DNA of 64,000 nt from Salisapilia sapeloensis CBS 127946 (GCA_023334545.1 JAADVB010000023.1:59671-123670); one strand, 5' to 3'. Positions 49,301 to 60,056 are shown, counted from the first letter of the stretch. Program-made: numbers and translations. Notes: generated by a model not told the origin, from the sequence alone.

Positions 49301-49449
49301 GCCTCCGGCAGGGGCCCTCCGATTTTGACGAAACCGTCCGGCTGCATGTTTTCAAAATTGGTCGCGTCGCCGCTCATGGTATAATCGGACACTGGACTCG
49401 GTTCGAGAGACCGAGCAGGCGCTTGGGAGTGTTGCATCCACGTACACAA
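46318..49449 (-). CDS. ABCB-type half-transporter with N-terminal voltage-sensor-like 4-TM domain and EF-hand-like segment
   Basis: Single uninterrupted ORF; the start may be the ATG at 49377. NBD motifs: GPSGCGKST, VVFQD, LSGGQAQR, LLLLDEATSALD and VTHRL. The ABC transmembrane domain precedes the NBD. The N-terminal segment YFVDMCIRVLGMRGALFRSHSNIADLL resembles the Ion_trans S2-S3 signature. Confidence 0.9.
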   Translation of the reverse strand: MCTWMQHSQAPARSLEPSPVSDYTMSGDATNFENMQPDGFVKIGGPLPEASDPRTIKSSAAVPGKGHRLFYLRVIDSRKWHYSETFALFLDFFIQLLSVSFSPKEDYFNEFAAKGSRYFSSGLMLCYFVDMCIRVLGMRGALFRSHSNIADLLCLLILVAVLGCRYAIGDKHLTMATDEDEDGHKDKVSFDYCFSLVYLCVVACRLILKPRARIFSKKLHKFRANGDHFRVSIESLRSSLTRIPGISALAIEMMETDLVIICGRDEGDMTRDELMMFLERALQYRPNTLSATEFLAHLRDIDASASNMAYGIFDVVRSTLSHWSNQTADLIFCFLVVCVNAAINPAMSYFMDTITMAFNTLEEKEHDEGMLKMGILGILGLCVPFVLGNYAIGYFQSKMISKATERMQSKLLDIILHQGTSFFAERSEGDLNNLFSSDVARVNALWQAVFWNLINPLVSVIFGFGYALYMDYSIGLMAFAFSAVLLSSGPQGFAAQRSKEFGSKNAYVAAEFQNSIGCQKVVRAYAIQEPLMTRFKRTCSILRKNQFSKDFWSSIVQIYVESAMYIFTAIMTASLAMKVWRGEISSGNFFGFVTLLNRVSSPVTVLGGFMRVAIGNASSLQRIDDIIVGLTNQPGDDDGDKNLPDLPKMQQHLSIERLVFQYDKTSDHYVLNELSANIPRGNYTCIVGPSGCGKSTLLACLMQFEEADGGCIRLDGHDIFNFSKTSFMDQTAVVFQDGGILNGTIYDNIRYGNLSATNIECEEAARLAECSFINDLKDGFETVIGQHATCSLSGGQAQRVCLARALCRRPSLLLLDEATSALDPETEASIVATLERLSRKMNMTIISVTHRLSTALNADQILVLSNGRVAEEGQYNQLVQKGGLFYEMVYQKESSDDEEDAPLAMSKRHEPKTAQIGAPAVERTNSVADEALPKSEDSQLALQQFTKKLSHRVVNEASDTHPTSRGAAQRYRYGNRLSSRSRKASSHNGEDGYTSTGRSQDNSSMLNAVEGGQSYFPGAQEVARATPTPPANDEEQRSKYFVL

Positions 49450-51737
49450 ATAGGGAGTGTAGTCAGGTGAAGAGACGACTACGACGTGGCTGCTATGGGC
49501 TGAAGGAGGTGGACGCAGTGCAAGATGAAAATTCGAGCCGCTTCCTCTTCCTCGCTGTCCCTATCACTTTGTATGTGGCACTATCGTTTTGCTGGCCAGA
49601 GGACGGCCAATCGGAGTCGCTCACTAGCACAATCGTGCGACCGAGTGAACCCTTTTCATCCACAAGCGAGACACACTAAAGTGGGACAAGACGGCCGTCG
49701 ACTTACAGATGAGAAACGCGATCGAGGCGTGGATGGGTACCGGCCACGCGTTAGTTGGAGCGTATAGTCTTTCAATCAGCATGCCGGAGTGATGGGAATA
49801 CATTTCTCAACAAACTCACGGTCTTGAATGCGCCAATTGACGGACCAGCCTTTTCGGAGCCACGTTTGCCGCCAAAAGGTGCGAGACAATTAACCTAGGT
49901 GGATGGGTGCTTTCGTCAGCCGCAGCTGGATTCCATTGCCGTGTTGACGTTTCTGCTAAGCGTCGCTATTTTGCACGCAAAACCAGTGAATTACAGCTTA
50001 GCGCATTCGTCGCACTGAACGTTCCCATAAAGCTCAGTCTTTCGGCCGCTTCTCCACTGTATCGAGGCCGTTTCGCCACGATGAAGTCGATGGATACTGC
50101 TTCGAACGCAATTCCCGCAACACATGGGATAGCTTGACAAGCCAGGATTTTTGAAAAAGTGCCCGTTTAGTTTATACTGTCATGTGTAATAGGTGCGGCG
50201 GTAGCTTTATGTTCGACGAGCGTACCGTGCAGGATCTACACGACTCCTAGCGTAATTGTGCGCGAGTTTGCGTCCCAGCTACTCGTCTCTCCATTGTGCG
50301 CTCATAAGCTAATCGACGTGTTGAACGGACACCTTGATATCTTGTAGACAGTCATGTTGCCTCCTATAGCTTATTATTCGTATCACATACGACGAGCGAT
50401 ACAACAGGACATCCGTGTCAAGCTTGCCCATATCGTGCCAGATCGCATCGAGAAGGCATTGGATGGCAGCGGACATTTGCTGTATTATAAAATCGGACAT
50501 GCAAAAGCGAGCAAAGGTGCCGCTACGCACACCCCAATTGTCAAAAATTAGGATACGTGCTATGGAGTGGACCGTGCCTCAAGTACTCAAGAGATGGACC
50601 GTGGCTCACGACGGAAAGGCAGAGATCAACTGCATCCGATTGTAGTACTTTTTGCAAAGAGAGCGCACGTCTATTTCCCGGAAGAAGCAAATGTAATCCA
50701 GACCGAATTTTGTTGTCAAGTAGTCGATGGCCCCAGGTTCCCGCGGATTAACCTTTCCCGAGACAGCTTGGACACACTTTCCTGCTTCACCAAGTTTGCA
50801 ATCTTGTTTCCAGCAATGCTCATGTCCACGTAGCGGTTCATCTGATGCTTACACGATAAAGCGCTGCTGGATTTCTTTAGTTGCGCACATACCGTACACC
50901 ATGGCTATTCATTCTTCCCGGTTTTATGTCGAGGTGGCAGCTCACGTTATCTGTGATTGTTAACACCTGCAGCTGCACTACGTGCACACATTCAATTGAC
51001 TGGATTTCTGTTCCTACAAGACACCGTTGGGAATCGACTCGAGGTACAAATTCTTGCTTGAGTTATATTCAACTACAGCGCTGAAAAATGAACATTCGGA
51101 CAGAATCCTTTAAGTAGAGCGATCGTGAAGCAAGGCGGTGTACTCTCGGACAGTTGCTGTGAACATCTTTTCTTGCTAAGATCCGCAAGATCTCGGTATG
51201 TTTTCTCCCTGGATCTAATCAAGAGGACGAGAATTTCCTTTCATTTCATGCTCAATTTTCCTTGATTTTTAAAGACGGTATTTCTGCAACGAACGCAGGT
51301 ATCTCTGGTGGCTGCACATTCATAAATCAACCCGGACGGTCATCAGGGCAAATAACAGTGCGCGATCATAAATTGCACAAATAGCCTGGCTGTAGTATCT
51401 TGCGTGTAGTACAACCTTGAGTGCAAAACAATCACTTTTGTTTTCAAACGTCAGGTGTCTTTATACGATTGTTCCTTTACTCATCGATTCCTGCAAGTGA
51501 GCACTTGCAACGTCGAGTGCGTTAAAACGCAGCAACCTTGGGCATATATTTTGCTGTACCTACATGGCTTCCCCTTGCCTCTATGGCCACTCAACTTCAC
51601 AAAAGATGGTTCTTTGTAAAAGTAGGTATGACTCTCTTGAAACCCGCATTTGCATGCGGCGTCAACGAGGGACCGCCACTAGTTTAATAAACAGTGCTCT
51701 GGCAAGAGGATCCGCAAGTTTTCTAAATGTGTTAATA

Positions 51738-51935
51738 GGGCGTGTCAAACCTGTCAAAATCGCAAAATATAATGAGGTGCCTGATTGCCAAATAATCAGC
51801 CATAACTCCTAAAAGTATCGAAAGTTTCATTTCGAGCGCTCATGAATCAGTCAGGCTCCAAATAAGATCAGTAGAGTTGAAAGATGAGAATCTTATTTAA
51901 GAAAATGAGGTACTTTTGCCAGGTTTGACACCCCC
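51738..51935. mobile_element. MITE, copy 2, with TA flanks
   Basis: TIRs GGGCGTGTCAAACCTGTCAAAA / TTTTGCCAGGTTTGACACCCCC. TA at 51736-37 and 51936-37. Homologous to 2526-2730. Confidence 0.75.
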
Positions 51936-52748
51936 TACTGAAAAGATTAGAAAATTAATTTTAAAAGGCACATCCAACAGCTTTCACTGAAGGTTTTTAT
52001 TTGACTTTATTGACACTTCTATTCAGTAGGAACGTAAGAGCTCGTTCATGGCGGCATAACACCGTTCTTCCAATGAAAATTGCTTGAATTATGATTCGGT
52101 CTTTCATCTACATAACGCATGTTGCCTCTCCTTCGAAACCATGCTGGTCTCTGTAAAGCTCTTGTAAACCAGGCTTTTAGCATAATACTTATAGCTACAT
52201 TCTTGTCTCTTTCGCAAAAAAGCGTAGATGACAGCCACTAGAGTCCTTTGACAAGATAGCAGCAGCCCGTAGGTTTTCACTCCCATCCGAGACGGTTACC
52301 CCGGGTATCAGATGCAATCGCCTGCATCACACGAAGAGGGAAGAGAGAGCCAGAACCGGCAACTCTTCCCTCTAGGCTTTCACCGAGTGAGTCTTAGAGG
52401 GTACACAATCGATGGAGCTCCGTTCGTCTGATAGGCTGGTAATGCCGTCTGATTTGCGCCTTCAACCACGTAGCCATCGTAGTCTAGCTGATCGAACGCA
52501 TCGCACAAAGAAATGCTCCTTCGCGCCTTCTCTATTGTCGGCCTAGCACTACCTGTTACACTTTGTAAGTGGTAGGTGTGCTTTAAAGTTAGCGCAGGAT
52601 CGAGAGAGCATGATAACTGGGCCCGAGACCGCTTCGCGCATCTGAGTGGCTACATCTCCTCCTGACTAGATCTGTGCAAAGACAGGACTGAGTACCTCTT
52701 CGATCACCATCTTCATTTTTATACTCGACTCCTTCAGCTCAAGCAACC

Positions 52749-54113
52749 ATGACCAAGGAGGAGACGCTAGCGGAAAAGTTCAAGGGCATACTGTGGGCGC
52801 CCAAGCTCGCCTACATGTTCAGCAGCGGCGGCAACTCGGCCCTCATCAACTTCCTCCCCATTTTCTGCCAAAATGTGCTCAATATCTCCAAAGTACAAAT
52901 CGCTACCCTCCAGACAATCCAATGCATCTGCGGCATGATCTCTCCCCCCGTATGTGGAGCAATCGCCGACTACATTGACAACCAGCGTCTCGTCCACATT
53001 GTCACCTTCCTCTCTGGCACGGCGCTCCTTACGCTCTTTCAATTCGTCGACTCGTTCACGATGGCTGCCGCCCTGATTCTTGTCGGTAGCTTTGTGTACG
53101 CTGCTGGAGGTGCATTGCTAGACACGTCCGTTCTTTACCTATTGAGCAAGGAGGGTGGCGAGTACGGAAAGCAGCGCATGTTTGGTGCGGTCGGATACGG
53201 CGTGTTCGCTTACGTTACGGGTGGGATGGTTGCACTCTGGGGCATCGAGTGGTCCTTTTACAACCTCTTCATCCTATCCTTCTTGTCCGTCGTCTTCCTC
53301 AACCGCATGCCAGCCCCGAAGAAGAGTGACAATCCGAAGAAGCAAGAGACGTCTGCTCTACTCGAGACTGGGGAGCAGGAAGAGGAGCACACGCCGACGT
53401 TGGCGGAAGGGCTCAAGACGTTGCTGCATGAGCCAGACGTGCTGGTGCTTTTCCTTATCGTCTACTTTATGTCGATCATGTACGGCGTGCTCTCTAGCTT
53501 CCTTGCGCTCAACCTTTACAACTTGTCAGGAGAGAACCCTCAGATCGTCGGCATTGCAATTATGTGCGAGACATCAAGTGAGCTTCCAGCCTTCTTCTAC
53601 TCCCAAAAAATCATTGACAAAGTCGGAACCGTCAACGTTTTATTGCTCTCCTGCGCAGCGTACTTTGCTAGAGTCACGTGCTATGCACTCATGCCGAACG
53701 CTTGGGTGGCCATTCCCTTCGAGTTCCTCCACGGCATCTCCTTTGGCATCACGTGGGCTGCTGTCACTCAATACATCTACGAGCGAGCTCCACCCGGAGC
53801 AGAGGCAACCGTCATGGGTCTTTTGAACGCCGTCCAGAACGGTATTGGACGGGCGACGGGCACGCTCGTTGGTGGTATGCTTTACGAGAGCTTTGGTGCT
53901 CGGACGATGTGGACCATTACGGATATGTGCGTACCTCTAGCTTTGTGCGGCATCGCAGTCTTTGCTCGTCTCAAGAGCCAGGACGAAGACAAGCATGACG
54001 AGGAGATGCTGGAAAAGGCCGCCTTGTTCTCTCCTCAGCAATCCAACATCTCGGCTATCAAGTCTCCAAAGTTCACCGAGAACGAGAGTCTGTCGTACGA
54101 CGAGTCCAAGTAG
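52749..54113 (+). CDS. Major facilitator superfamily transporter (MFSD6 / MFS_1-like)
   Basis: About 12 hydrophobic segments in two halves. Motifs CGAIADY, EYGKQRMFGAVGYG, CETSSELPAF, EFLHGISFGITW and GIGRATGTLVGG. Confidence 0.9.
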   Translation: MTKEETLAEKFKGILWAPKLAYMFSSGGNSALINFLPIFCQNVLNISKVQIATLQTIQCICGMISPPVCGAIADYIDNQRLVHIVTFLSGTALLTLFQFVDSFTMAAALILVGSFVYAAGGALLDTSVLYLLSKEGGEYGKQRMFGAVGYGVFAYVTGGMVALWGIEWSFYNLFILSFLSVVFLNRMPAPKKSDNPKKQETSALLETGEQEEEHTPTLAEGLKTLLHEPDVLVLFLIVYFMSIMYGVLSSFLALNLYNLSGENPQIVGIAIMCETSSELPAFFYSQKIIDKVGTVNVLLLSCAAYFARVTCYALMPNAWVAIPFEFLHGISFGITWAAVTQYIYERAPPGAEATVMGLLNAVQNGIGRATGTLVGGMLYESFGARTMWTITDMCVPLALCGIAVFARLKSQDEDKHDEEMLEKAALFSPQQSNISAIKSPKFTENESLSYDESK

Positions 54114-54377
54114 ACATTCGTGTAGTTAGCTTTCCACATGGCTATTGAGTCTCAAACATCGCTACGTTTGTACGTCTTGTAAGACAAATGAATAGATGAA
54201 GTTTTACAGTGCCTGCTTGGATACTTGTTGGCAATGGTGGGTACTTGGACTCGACCGACCTCGATAGTTGCATTGTTGATTTCGATACACTGGAAAGCTC
54301 AAGCGAAAACAGTGATTGTGAACAATAAAAGCATGTGCAAATGTATTCTAGCCTTTGCCTCTCCTAACCTATAGTAT

Positions 54378-57300
54378 CTATGCCGTCGCTTGCTCCACGA
54401 ATTCCTGCGCCAACTGCTTCACGTGAGCCACGGACTGCTCGTCGCCATGCTTGTGCTCGAAGGCGAGGTACTTTTTGAACAAAGACTTCATCTTCTTCGG
54501 AGCGAACTCCATGGCCAGCAGACGCTCGAACAAGGAACGCACCGAGCCCGTGTCGTCCGCAAACTTGATCTCCTTGTCCAAATAGACATTCCAAAGATCT
54601 AGACGCTTGGGGTACGTCGACACGATGCCTTCGAACACCGTCCGAGCCTTCTCCACGTCATCGTTCTCGTACAGCAACTGACCATAGGCCAGGATCACTG
54701 GCAAGTGCTTGTGCTTGGGCAGACTCTTGAGACTGCGCTGCAGCGTCAGAGCAGCTTCATCCTTTTGCTCGTGCTTGACTTGCAGTTGGATCGTGCGCTT
54801 CCACGTCTGCTTGCTCTTGCGGAACTTCTTCTGCATCGTCTTGGTCGTGTTCATGGCATCTTCCAGCTCGTTCGATCGGTCGTACAGGTCCACGAGATGC
54901 AAGTACACGTGCTTGGGGTTGTTCACACGCAAGGCATCGTTGAAGACGCGGCGGAAGCTCTCGTCGTCGCCAAAGTCGTGCTCCAAGTTCAGGTAGGCAA
55001 GCCAGACGTTCAACTTCTCTCGTTCCTCTCGGAAAGACACAGTCGACGTAGCGCGCTTGGCAACGTCTCGCGCCAAATCCGTTTCGGTGAGAGAGACGTG
55101 GAACGCCATGTACTGGATCCAGAGGAAAGAGCTATGGGGAGAAACAGCCAGTCGACGCTCGTAGTCGGCGGAAGTTTCCGGAACGTCCTCACCCTTGGCA
55201 ATCGCCTTCTCTCGAAGGATCACCCACTCGTCGTTTTTCTTCTTGGACGCAGGAGCAGAAACCTCTTCCTCTTCTTCTTCATCAGACGACTCACTATCAT
55301 CCTGCTCATCCAACACATTCGCAAAGCCATCCCACGTAAACTGGGCATTCTTTGTGGAATTTTCTTCTCCAGAAGTGTCTTCATCACTGTCACTATCGTT
55401 GCCCAACTCCATCGCCTCGCTCTTGGCGGCCATAGGAACATCTTCTTCCTCAACTTCTTCCTCACTCGCCTCTTCCTCGGCCTCTTCATCACTCGCCTCT
55501 TCTTCCATATCCTCGTCTTCACTTTCCTCATCTGAGCTGTCTTCGCCCTCAAAGTACGAGGGCTTTAGTCCAAAGCCTAGCTTCCGGCCTTCAATCTTGA
55601 TGACCTTGGCCTTGACATAGTCGCCAGCAGAGAAGAGGGTCTCGAGGTCGTCCACCTTTTCGTCAGAGATTTCAGAAATGTGTGCCAGTCCTGAGAGAGC
55701 AGTCTTGTCGATTTTAACAAAGACACCGTACGGTTTGATGGACGTGATGTGACCCTTGACCGTCATGCCAACCTTTAGATCCTGCAGCTTCAGCGCGTTG
55801 GCATCTTGCGACACGACAGAAGCCTTTAGACTGAGTTCAACGCCCTTGTCTGTCGCCTTCACCACTCGGCCGGCCACGATTTTACCTGGTGCAAACTCAG
55901 ACTCTGGGTTGTGGACAAAGTCATCGCTAAGTTCACGCAGCATGACACGTCCGGACAGAACACGATTGAGACGCAAGAAGCATCCGCTCGCAGACGTCGA
56001 GACTACAACTGCCGGAACCAAATCACCAGCCTTTGGGGCCTGCTTCTCTTGCTGAGCAGCCACGTAGGCCTCGGGGTCAGCAAGAGCATCTTCACGCAAG
56101 CTAGCGTCGATTTGATTGCCAGAGGCCTTGGCCACAATCACAGCACGTACGAAAGCTCCATCCTGGACTTCAGCCAGCATTTCGTTGCTCCACTTAGAAG
56201 GTGTTCGAAGCTCAGTGATGCAGACGCGAGCGTAGACATCAGCTGCAAGCTGGACCATGACCGAAGGAGCAGCCACAGGTGTCCTCTTCTTGGCAATACG
56301 ACCCACGACCGTTTGACCCACCTCCACTTGAAGCTCACTGGAACGGACGAGCGACAACTCTACGCTTTTGCGATCGTCGTCAACATGGACTACACTCGCC
56401 TCGACTCGAGTGCCGATCGGGAAGTCCTCCTTGTGCTTTACGATCTGCTCATACTCTTCGGCCACTTCAAGTGCCGAAAGGAAGCCTGTAACACAGTGGC
56501 TCAAGCGCACGAGGAAGCCTCCAGTCGCATGCTCGACAACGACACCGCTGACCCGCTTGCCAGGCTGGAGCAGCTTTCTACCAGCGCTGCCTTCAGCCCA
56601 ATCCGGACGCACCAGTTTCTTGGCACTGATCTTTTCTTTAGCAACTTCTTCCTTCTTGATAGACAGCGCAATGAACTGGTAGCGAGGTGGGTTCGACTCA
56701 CTCACAGGCAGCTGCTCTTTCACACCTTTCTGCTGAATAGCCAAGATGCGAGCCTTGACGCGAGAGTTGGCAGAGTAAGCATCGAACGGATGGCTCTTTC
56801 CAGGGACCGGGTCAGCATCGACGATGGACACACGAGAATTTACCGTACCGCAGCTGTCGTCTGTTTTGAGCTTGACATCCATGAACGATTCCATAATGGA
56901 AAGGATACGTCCTTCCACCAACTTGCCCACCGACAAGTCGTCCGAAGAGTACTCTGGCAGTTGCTCCCAGTCTTCCTGCAACGCAGCGCTGCCACGTGCT
57001 TTCTTGGCGTTCTTGCTCGTCTCTCGGTCGACGGTCAAGAGAGGGAGGGCGTTAAAGGGAGAGTTGGGGATGTTCATCGATGGATCGAGAACACGGCAGG
57101 CAGGAATCTCCGCACCGACTTCCAACTCCAGCGTTTCCGTCGAGTCGGCTGGTCGCCACAAGTCTGCCGCTCCGACGATAGCCAAACGGTTTTCAGGCTT
57201 CTTGCTGCTGCGCTGAAAGACCACAGTCGCCAACTTTTGCGTTGAGTTGATGGCAACGACCGTCGCATTGGACACGCTAGAGTCCTTTTTCAAACGAGTC

Positions 57301-60053
57301 TTGCTCTTCTTCTTCGACACGAGGGAAGTATCAAGAGACGCAAAGTACACCTGTCTGTCCAAGTCGTAGTCCACGAGAGTCAGCTCCTTCTCCAGACCTT
57401 CTTCCCAGCTGTCCGAGTCTGGTGCATCAGCCACAAGCACAGTGGCCTGCTCGTCACCCTTTGACATGGTAAACACGGCTCCGTACGGACGCACACCAAC
57501 AAACTCTGCCGTCTCCGTGCTGCCAATCGACCACGGGGACTCGACAGCGTACTGTTCTAGCATGGCGGTGGTGAAATGTGGAAGGGCACTGCCGTTGACA
57601 CCCGTCTGGAAGTTGTGGAAGCCGACAACCATCCGGTCGTTTTCAATCTTCTCCACTCGGCACAGAACAGTCTCACCAACTTCAAATCGGCCGTTGTCCA
57701 CCTCTGTCACGAACGAGTCACTGAGGTAGGCCTTTGGACACAGTGCTGCCGTGTCATTCAAAAACTTTACGAAAACGCCCTTGGTGGCGTTAATGGATGC
57801 CACGAAGCCTACAAGCAGCTGTCCCTTGGTCACATCACGGGTGCTCGACGGAACACGGAACGTCTCATCCTCTACGTGAGCGAGCAACAGAGGCTTGCGA
57901 GTCAGCGTTAAGAGTCCGTCTTGAGCCTGGGACAACACTAGCAGAGGACTGGGGATCTTGTCACCGGCATGAACCGTCTCGATGATAGACTCAACGAGCG
58001 CAGTTTGACGAGGAAAGTCTGTGACGTGTACGAATGGCAATACGGCTTCCAAACCATCCGCCGTCTGCAATCGGAATCGTGTGTTCTCAACGTCCGTGAC
58101 AGTCACCGTGTCGGCTTCAAGCATGGTGCCGATCAGCTCGGGATTGATTGCGTTTTTCGACGTAGACGTGCTAGCGGTGACATCGAAAGAGAGCACTAAA
58201 CGCTTTTTCACAGCATCGCATTTCGTCACACGTGCTTTGACGACTTGGTGCAAAGTGTACGCGTCTTCGATGCGGTCAACACCAGCAGCATGCAGCACAG
58301 CAGCGGGAACGAGTCCGAAAACGCCGTCGTAGAAAGTGACGAGAACACCGTATTCAGCAATTTTGGTGATCGTTCCTGTTGTGACCAGGCCCATGTGGGC
58401 ATCCTCGTACTTGCGCAGCACCGGGAGCTCGGATTCCATCAGCTGCTTCTTCATTGTCAACACGATCTTGCCGCTGTCTTCAATTTTCAGAACACGAGCG
58501 TCGACTTGACTGCCAACGTCATACTTGCCAGCCTTCTTCTTGCTCTTCTTCTCCTTGTGAAGCTTTACGGCCGGCGGCAAATGCGCAGTTGGCACCAGTC
58601 CTTTGACGCTGTCGCTGATTTCCAGCAGCATCCCAAAGGACTCGGACGCAAGAATCTTGCCGCTAACCTTTTGCCCAGCCTGTAGGTCGTTCGTGCGCAA
58701 GACTGTTTTCTCCAGCGTCGAAGGCTTGCAGCTTACAGCCAGCAGATTGTCAAAGGGAGAGAATCCGATGACTCGAGCGCGAACGTCCTGGCCGATCGTG
58801 AACTTCTTCTCAATCTTATCTACGTGCTTGTCGTCGACATTCGAAATGTGAACAAAGCCAGGAATGAACTGGTCCCAGTTGATGTTCTCGCCCTCCATCT
58901 CTTCGTCTTGCGTCGGAACGGCAGAACGGAGTGAAACCAACATACCAATGTTCGGGTCTAGTCGCTCCACCTTGGCTTGGTCGACAATATCGCCGACCTG
59001 CAGCTTGGGCTGCGTCACTTCAAGATGGACAATGTGTGGCGCCATAGACAATGCAATCTCTTTCTTGATGAGGTCGATGCTGATGACTCGAGCTCGACCT
59101 TTCATGCCTTTCTTGACTCGCCCACTCCAGTCGTGTGTTGCAGGGAAACTCATGTGACCTTGCTCGACAGTTGCCTGGAAGTAGGATAGGAAGTTGACCT
59201 TGAGACCGTTTGCCAGCACTTCTTCTACTCGGACGTTGAGAAGCATACCAGGTGACAAGGTATCGATTTTAAATTTGTCACCACGAGTGACTGCCTTCTC
59301 CGTTGCCTCACGAGAAACAGAGAGCGTCGCTGTGCGCGTGTACGAGTTCATGGTCTCTACTTTGGCAAAGAGCACTTGACCGACTTTCGCGTCAGACAGC
59401 TCTTTGCTCTGGATGAAGGCGTTCAGGTTGCGAATGCCAGTGGACACCACTGCTCCGTGATCTTCGATCGACGAAACACAACCGAAGAGAGTGAGCCCAC
59501 TCACAATTTCGCTGGCAGTGAGGTCACCTTGGACACGAGAGAGGCGAAGAGATAATTGTACATTCTTCTGACCACTCTGCTTGCCAGTGGACAGCACAGA
59601 ACAAGGCACAAATTGGCCGACGTGGAAAAGGTCAGACAAGGCAACCGATGTCTCTGCGTCTTTGCCCTTACCGGAATCTAATCTGGAGTGGAAGAGGTCG
59701 CTACACTCGGCTCTGGAGACGACGCCGACAAGTCGGTTTGGCAAACTGATACTGAGTTCTTCCGTGCCGACGTGACGAACGATACCTAGCAGTCGCACAC
59801 CGTCGACCAGACTTTTGAAGCTAGTAGCAACAGCCTTTTCTTCTTTAGGCTCGTTATTCTTCTTGATAGCTGTCCGTGGCTGTGAAAAGCCTGCCTTGTC
59901 ACTCTTGGTCGTCTTGGAGCGCTTGGCTGGGCGCTCTTCCGCTTCGACACTAGGTGCAACCGGTCTACGACCGAAGAGCGTTTCGGACGTTGCAGTGGAT
60001 GTTGCCGACCGTTTGCCGGTAGCGGCGTCTTGTCCACCTCGTGGAAAGCTCAT
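54378..60053 (-). CDS. RRP5: rRNA biogenesis protein RRP5 (multiple S1 repeats + C-terminal HAT/TPR repeats)
   Basis: Starts MSFPRGG at 60053. Repeated S1 motifs (e.g. VKGHITSIKPYGVFVKI), an acidic linker, then PETSADYERRLAVSPHSSFLWIQYMAF, REKLNVWLAYLNLE, KRLDLWNVYLDKE and KKMKSLFKKYLAFE. Confidence 0.95.
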   Translation of the reverse strand: MSFPRGGQDAATGKRSATSTATSETLFGRRPVAPSVEAEERPAKRSKTTKSDKAGFSQPRTAIKKNNEPKEEKAVATSFKSLVDGVRLLGIVRHVGTEELSISLPNRLVGVVSRAECSDLFHSRLDSGKGKDAETSVALSDLFHVGQFVPCSVLSTGKQSGQKNVQLSLRLSRVQGDLTASEIVSGLTLFGCVSSIEDHGAVVSTGIRNLNAFIQSKELSDAKVGQVLFAKVETMNSYTRTATLSVSREATEKAVTRGDKFKIDTLSPGMLLNVRVEEVLANGLKVNFLSYFQATVEQGHMSFPATHDWSGRVKKGMKGRARVISIDLIKKEIALSMAPHIVHLEVTQPKLQVGDIVDQAKVERLDPNIGMLVSLRSAVPTQDEEMEGENINWDQFIPGFVHISNVDDKHVDKIEKKFTIGQDVRARVIGFSPFDNLLAVSCKPSTLEKTVLRTNDLQAGQKVSGKILASESFGMLLEISDSVKGLVPTAHLPPAVKLHKEKKSKKKAGKYDVGSQVDARVLKIEDSGKIVLTMKKQLMESELPVLRKYEDAHMGLVTTGTITKIAEYGVLVTFYDGVFGLVPAAVLHAAGVDRIEDAYTLHQVVKARVTKCDAVKKRLVLSFDVTASTSTSKNAINPELIGTMLEADTVTVTDVENTRFRLQTADGLEAVLPFVHVTDFPRQTALVESIIETVHAGDKIPSPLLVLSQAQDGLLTLTRKPLLLAHVEDETFRVPSSTRDVTKGQLLVGFVASINATKGVFVKFLNDTAALCPKAYLSDSFVTEVDNGRFEVGETVLCRVEKIENDRMVVGFHNFQTGVNGSALPHFTTAMLEQYAVESPWSIGSTETAEFVGVRPYGAVFTMSKGDEQATVLVADAPDSDSWEEGLEKELTLVDYDLDRQVYFASLDTSLVSKKKSKTRLKKDSSVSNATVVAINSTQKLATVVFQRSSKKPENRLAIVGAADLWRPADSTETLELEVGAEIPACRVLDPSMNIPNSPFNALPLLTVDRETSKNAKKARGSAALQEDWEQLPEYSSDDLSVGKLVEGRILSIMESFMDVKLKTDDSCGTVNSRVSIVDADPVPGKSHPFDAYSANSRVKARILAIQQKGVKEQLPVSESNPPRYQFIALSIKKEEVAKEKISAKKLVRPDWAEGSAGRKLLQPGKRVSGVVVEHATGGFLVRLSHCVTGFLSALEVAEEYEQIVKHKEDFPIGTRVEASVVHVDDDRKSVELSLVRSSELQVEVGQTVVGRIAKKRTPVAAPSVMVQLAADVYARVCITELRTPSKWSNEMLAEVQDGAFVRAVIVAKASGNQIDASLREDALADPEAYVAAQQEKQAPKAGDLVPAVVVSTSASGCFLRLNRVLSGRVMLRELSDDFVHNPESEFAPGKIVAGRVVKATDKGVELSLKASVVSQDANALKLQDLKVGMTVKGHITSIKPYGVFVKIDKTALSGLAHISEISDEKVDDLETLFSAGDYVKAKVIKIEGRKLGFGLKPSYFEGEDSSDEESEDEDMEEEASDEEAEEEASEEEVEEEDVPMAAKSEAMELGNDSDSDEDTSGEENSTKNAQFTWDGFANVLDEQDDSESSDEEEEEEVSAPASKKKNDEWVILREKAIAKGEDVPETSADYERRLAVSPHSSFLWIQYMAFHVSLTETDLARDVAKRATSTVSFREEREKLNVWLAYLNLEHDFGDDESFRRVFNDALRVNNPKHVYLHLVDLYDRSNELEDAMNTTKTMQKKFRKSKQTWKRTIQLQVKHEQKDEAALTLQRSLKSLPKHKHLPVILAYGQLLYENDDVEKARTVFEGIVSTYPKRLDLWNVYLDKEIKFADDTGSVRSLFERLLAMEFAPKKMKSLFKKYLAFEHKHGDEQSVAHVKQLAQEFVEQATA

Positions 60054-60056
60054 ATC

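Noticed and set aside
55911-57245. Long plus-strand ORFs inside RRP5 (and 47089-47907 inside the ABC gene)
   Set aside because: Antisense shadows of well-supported genes, with no independent motifs.
36630-60053. NMD3 and RRP5 as a ribosome-biogenesis cluster
   Set aside because: They are 16 kb apart with unrelated genes between, and no shared upstream motif was seen.
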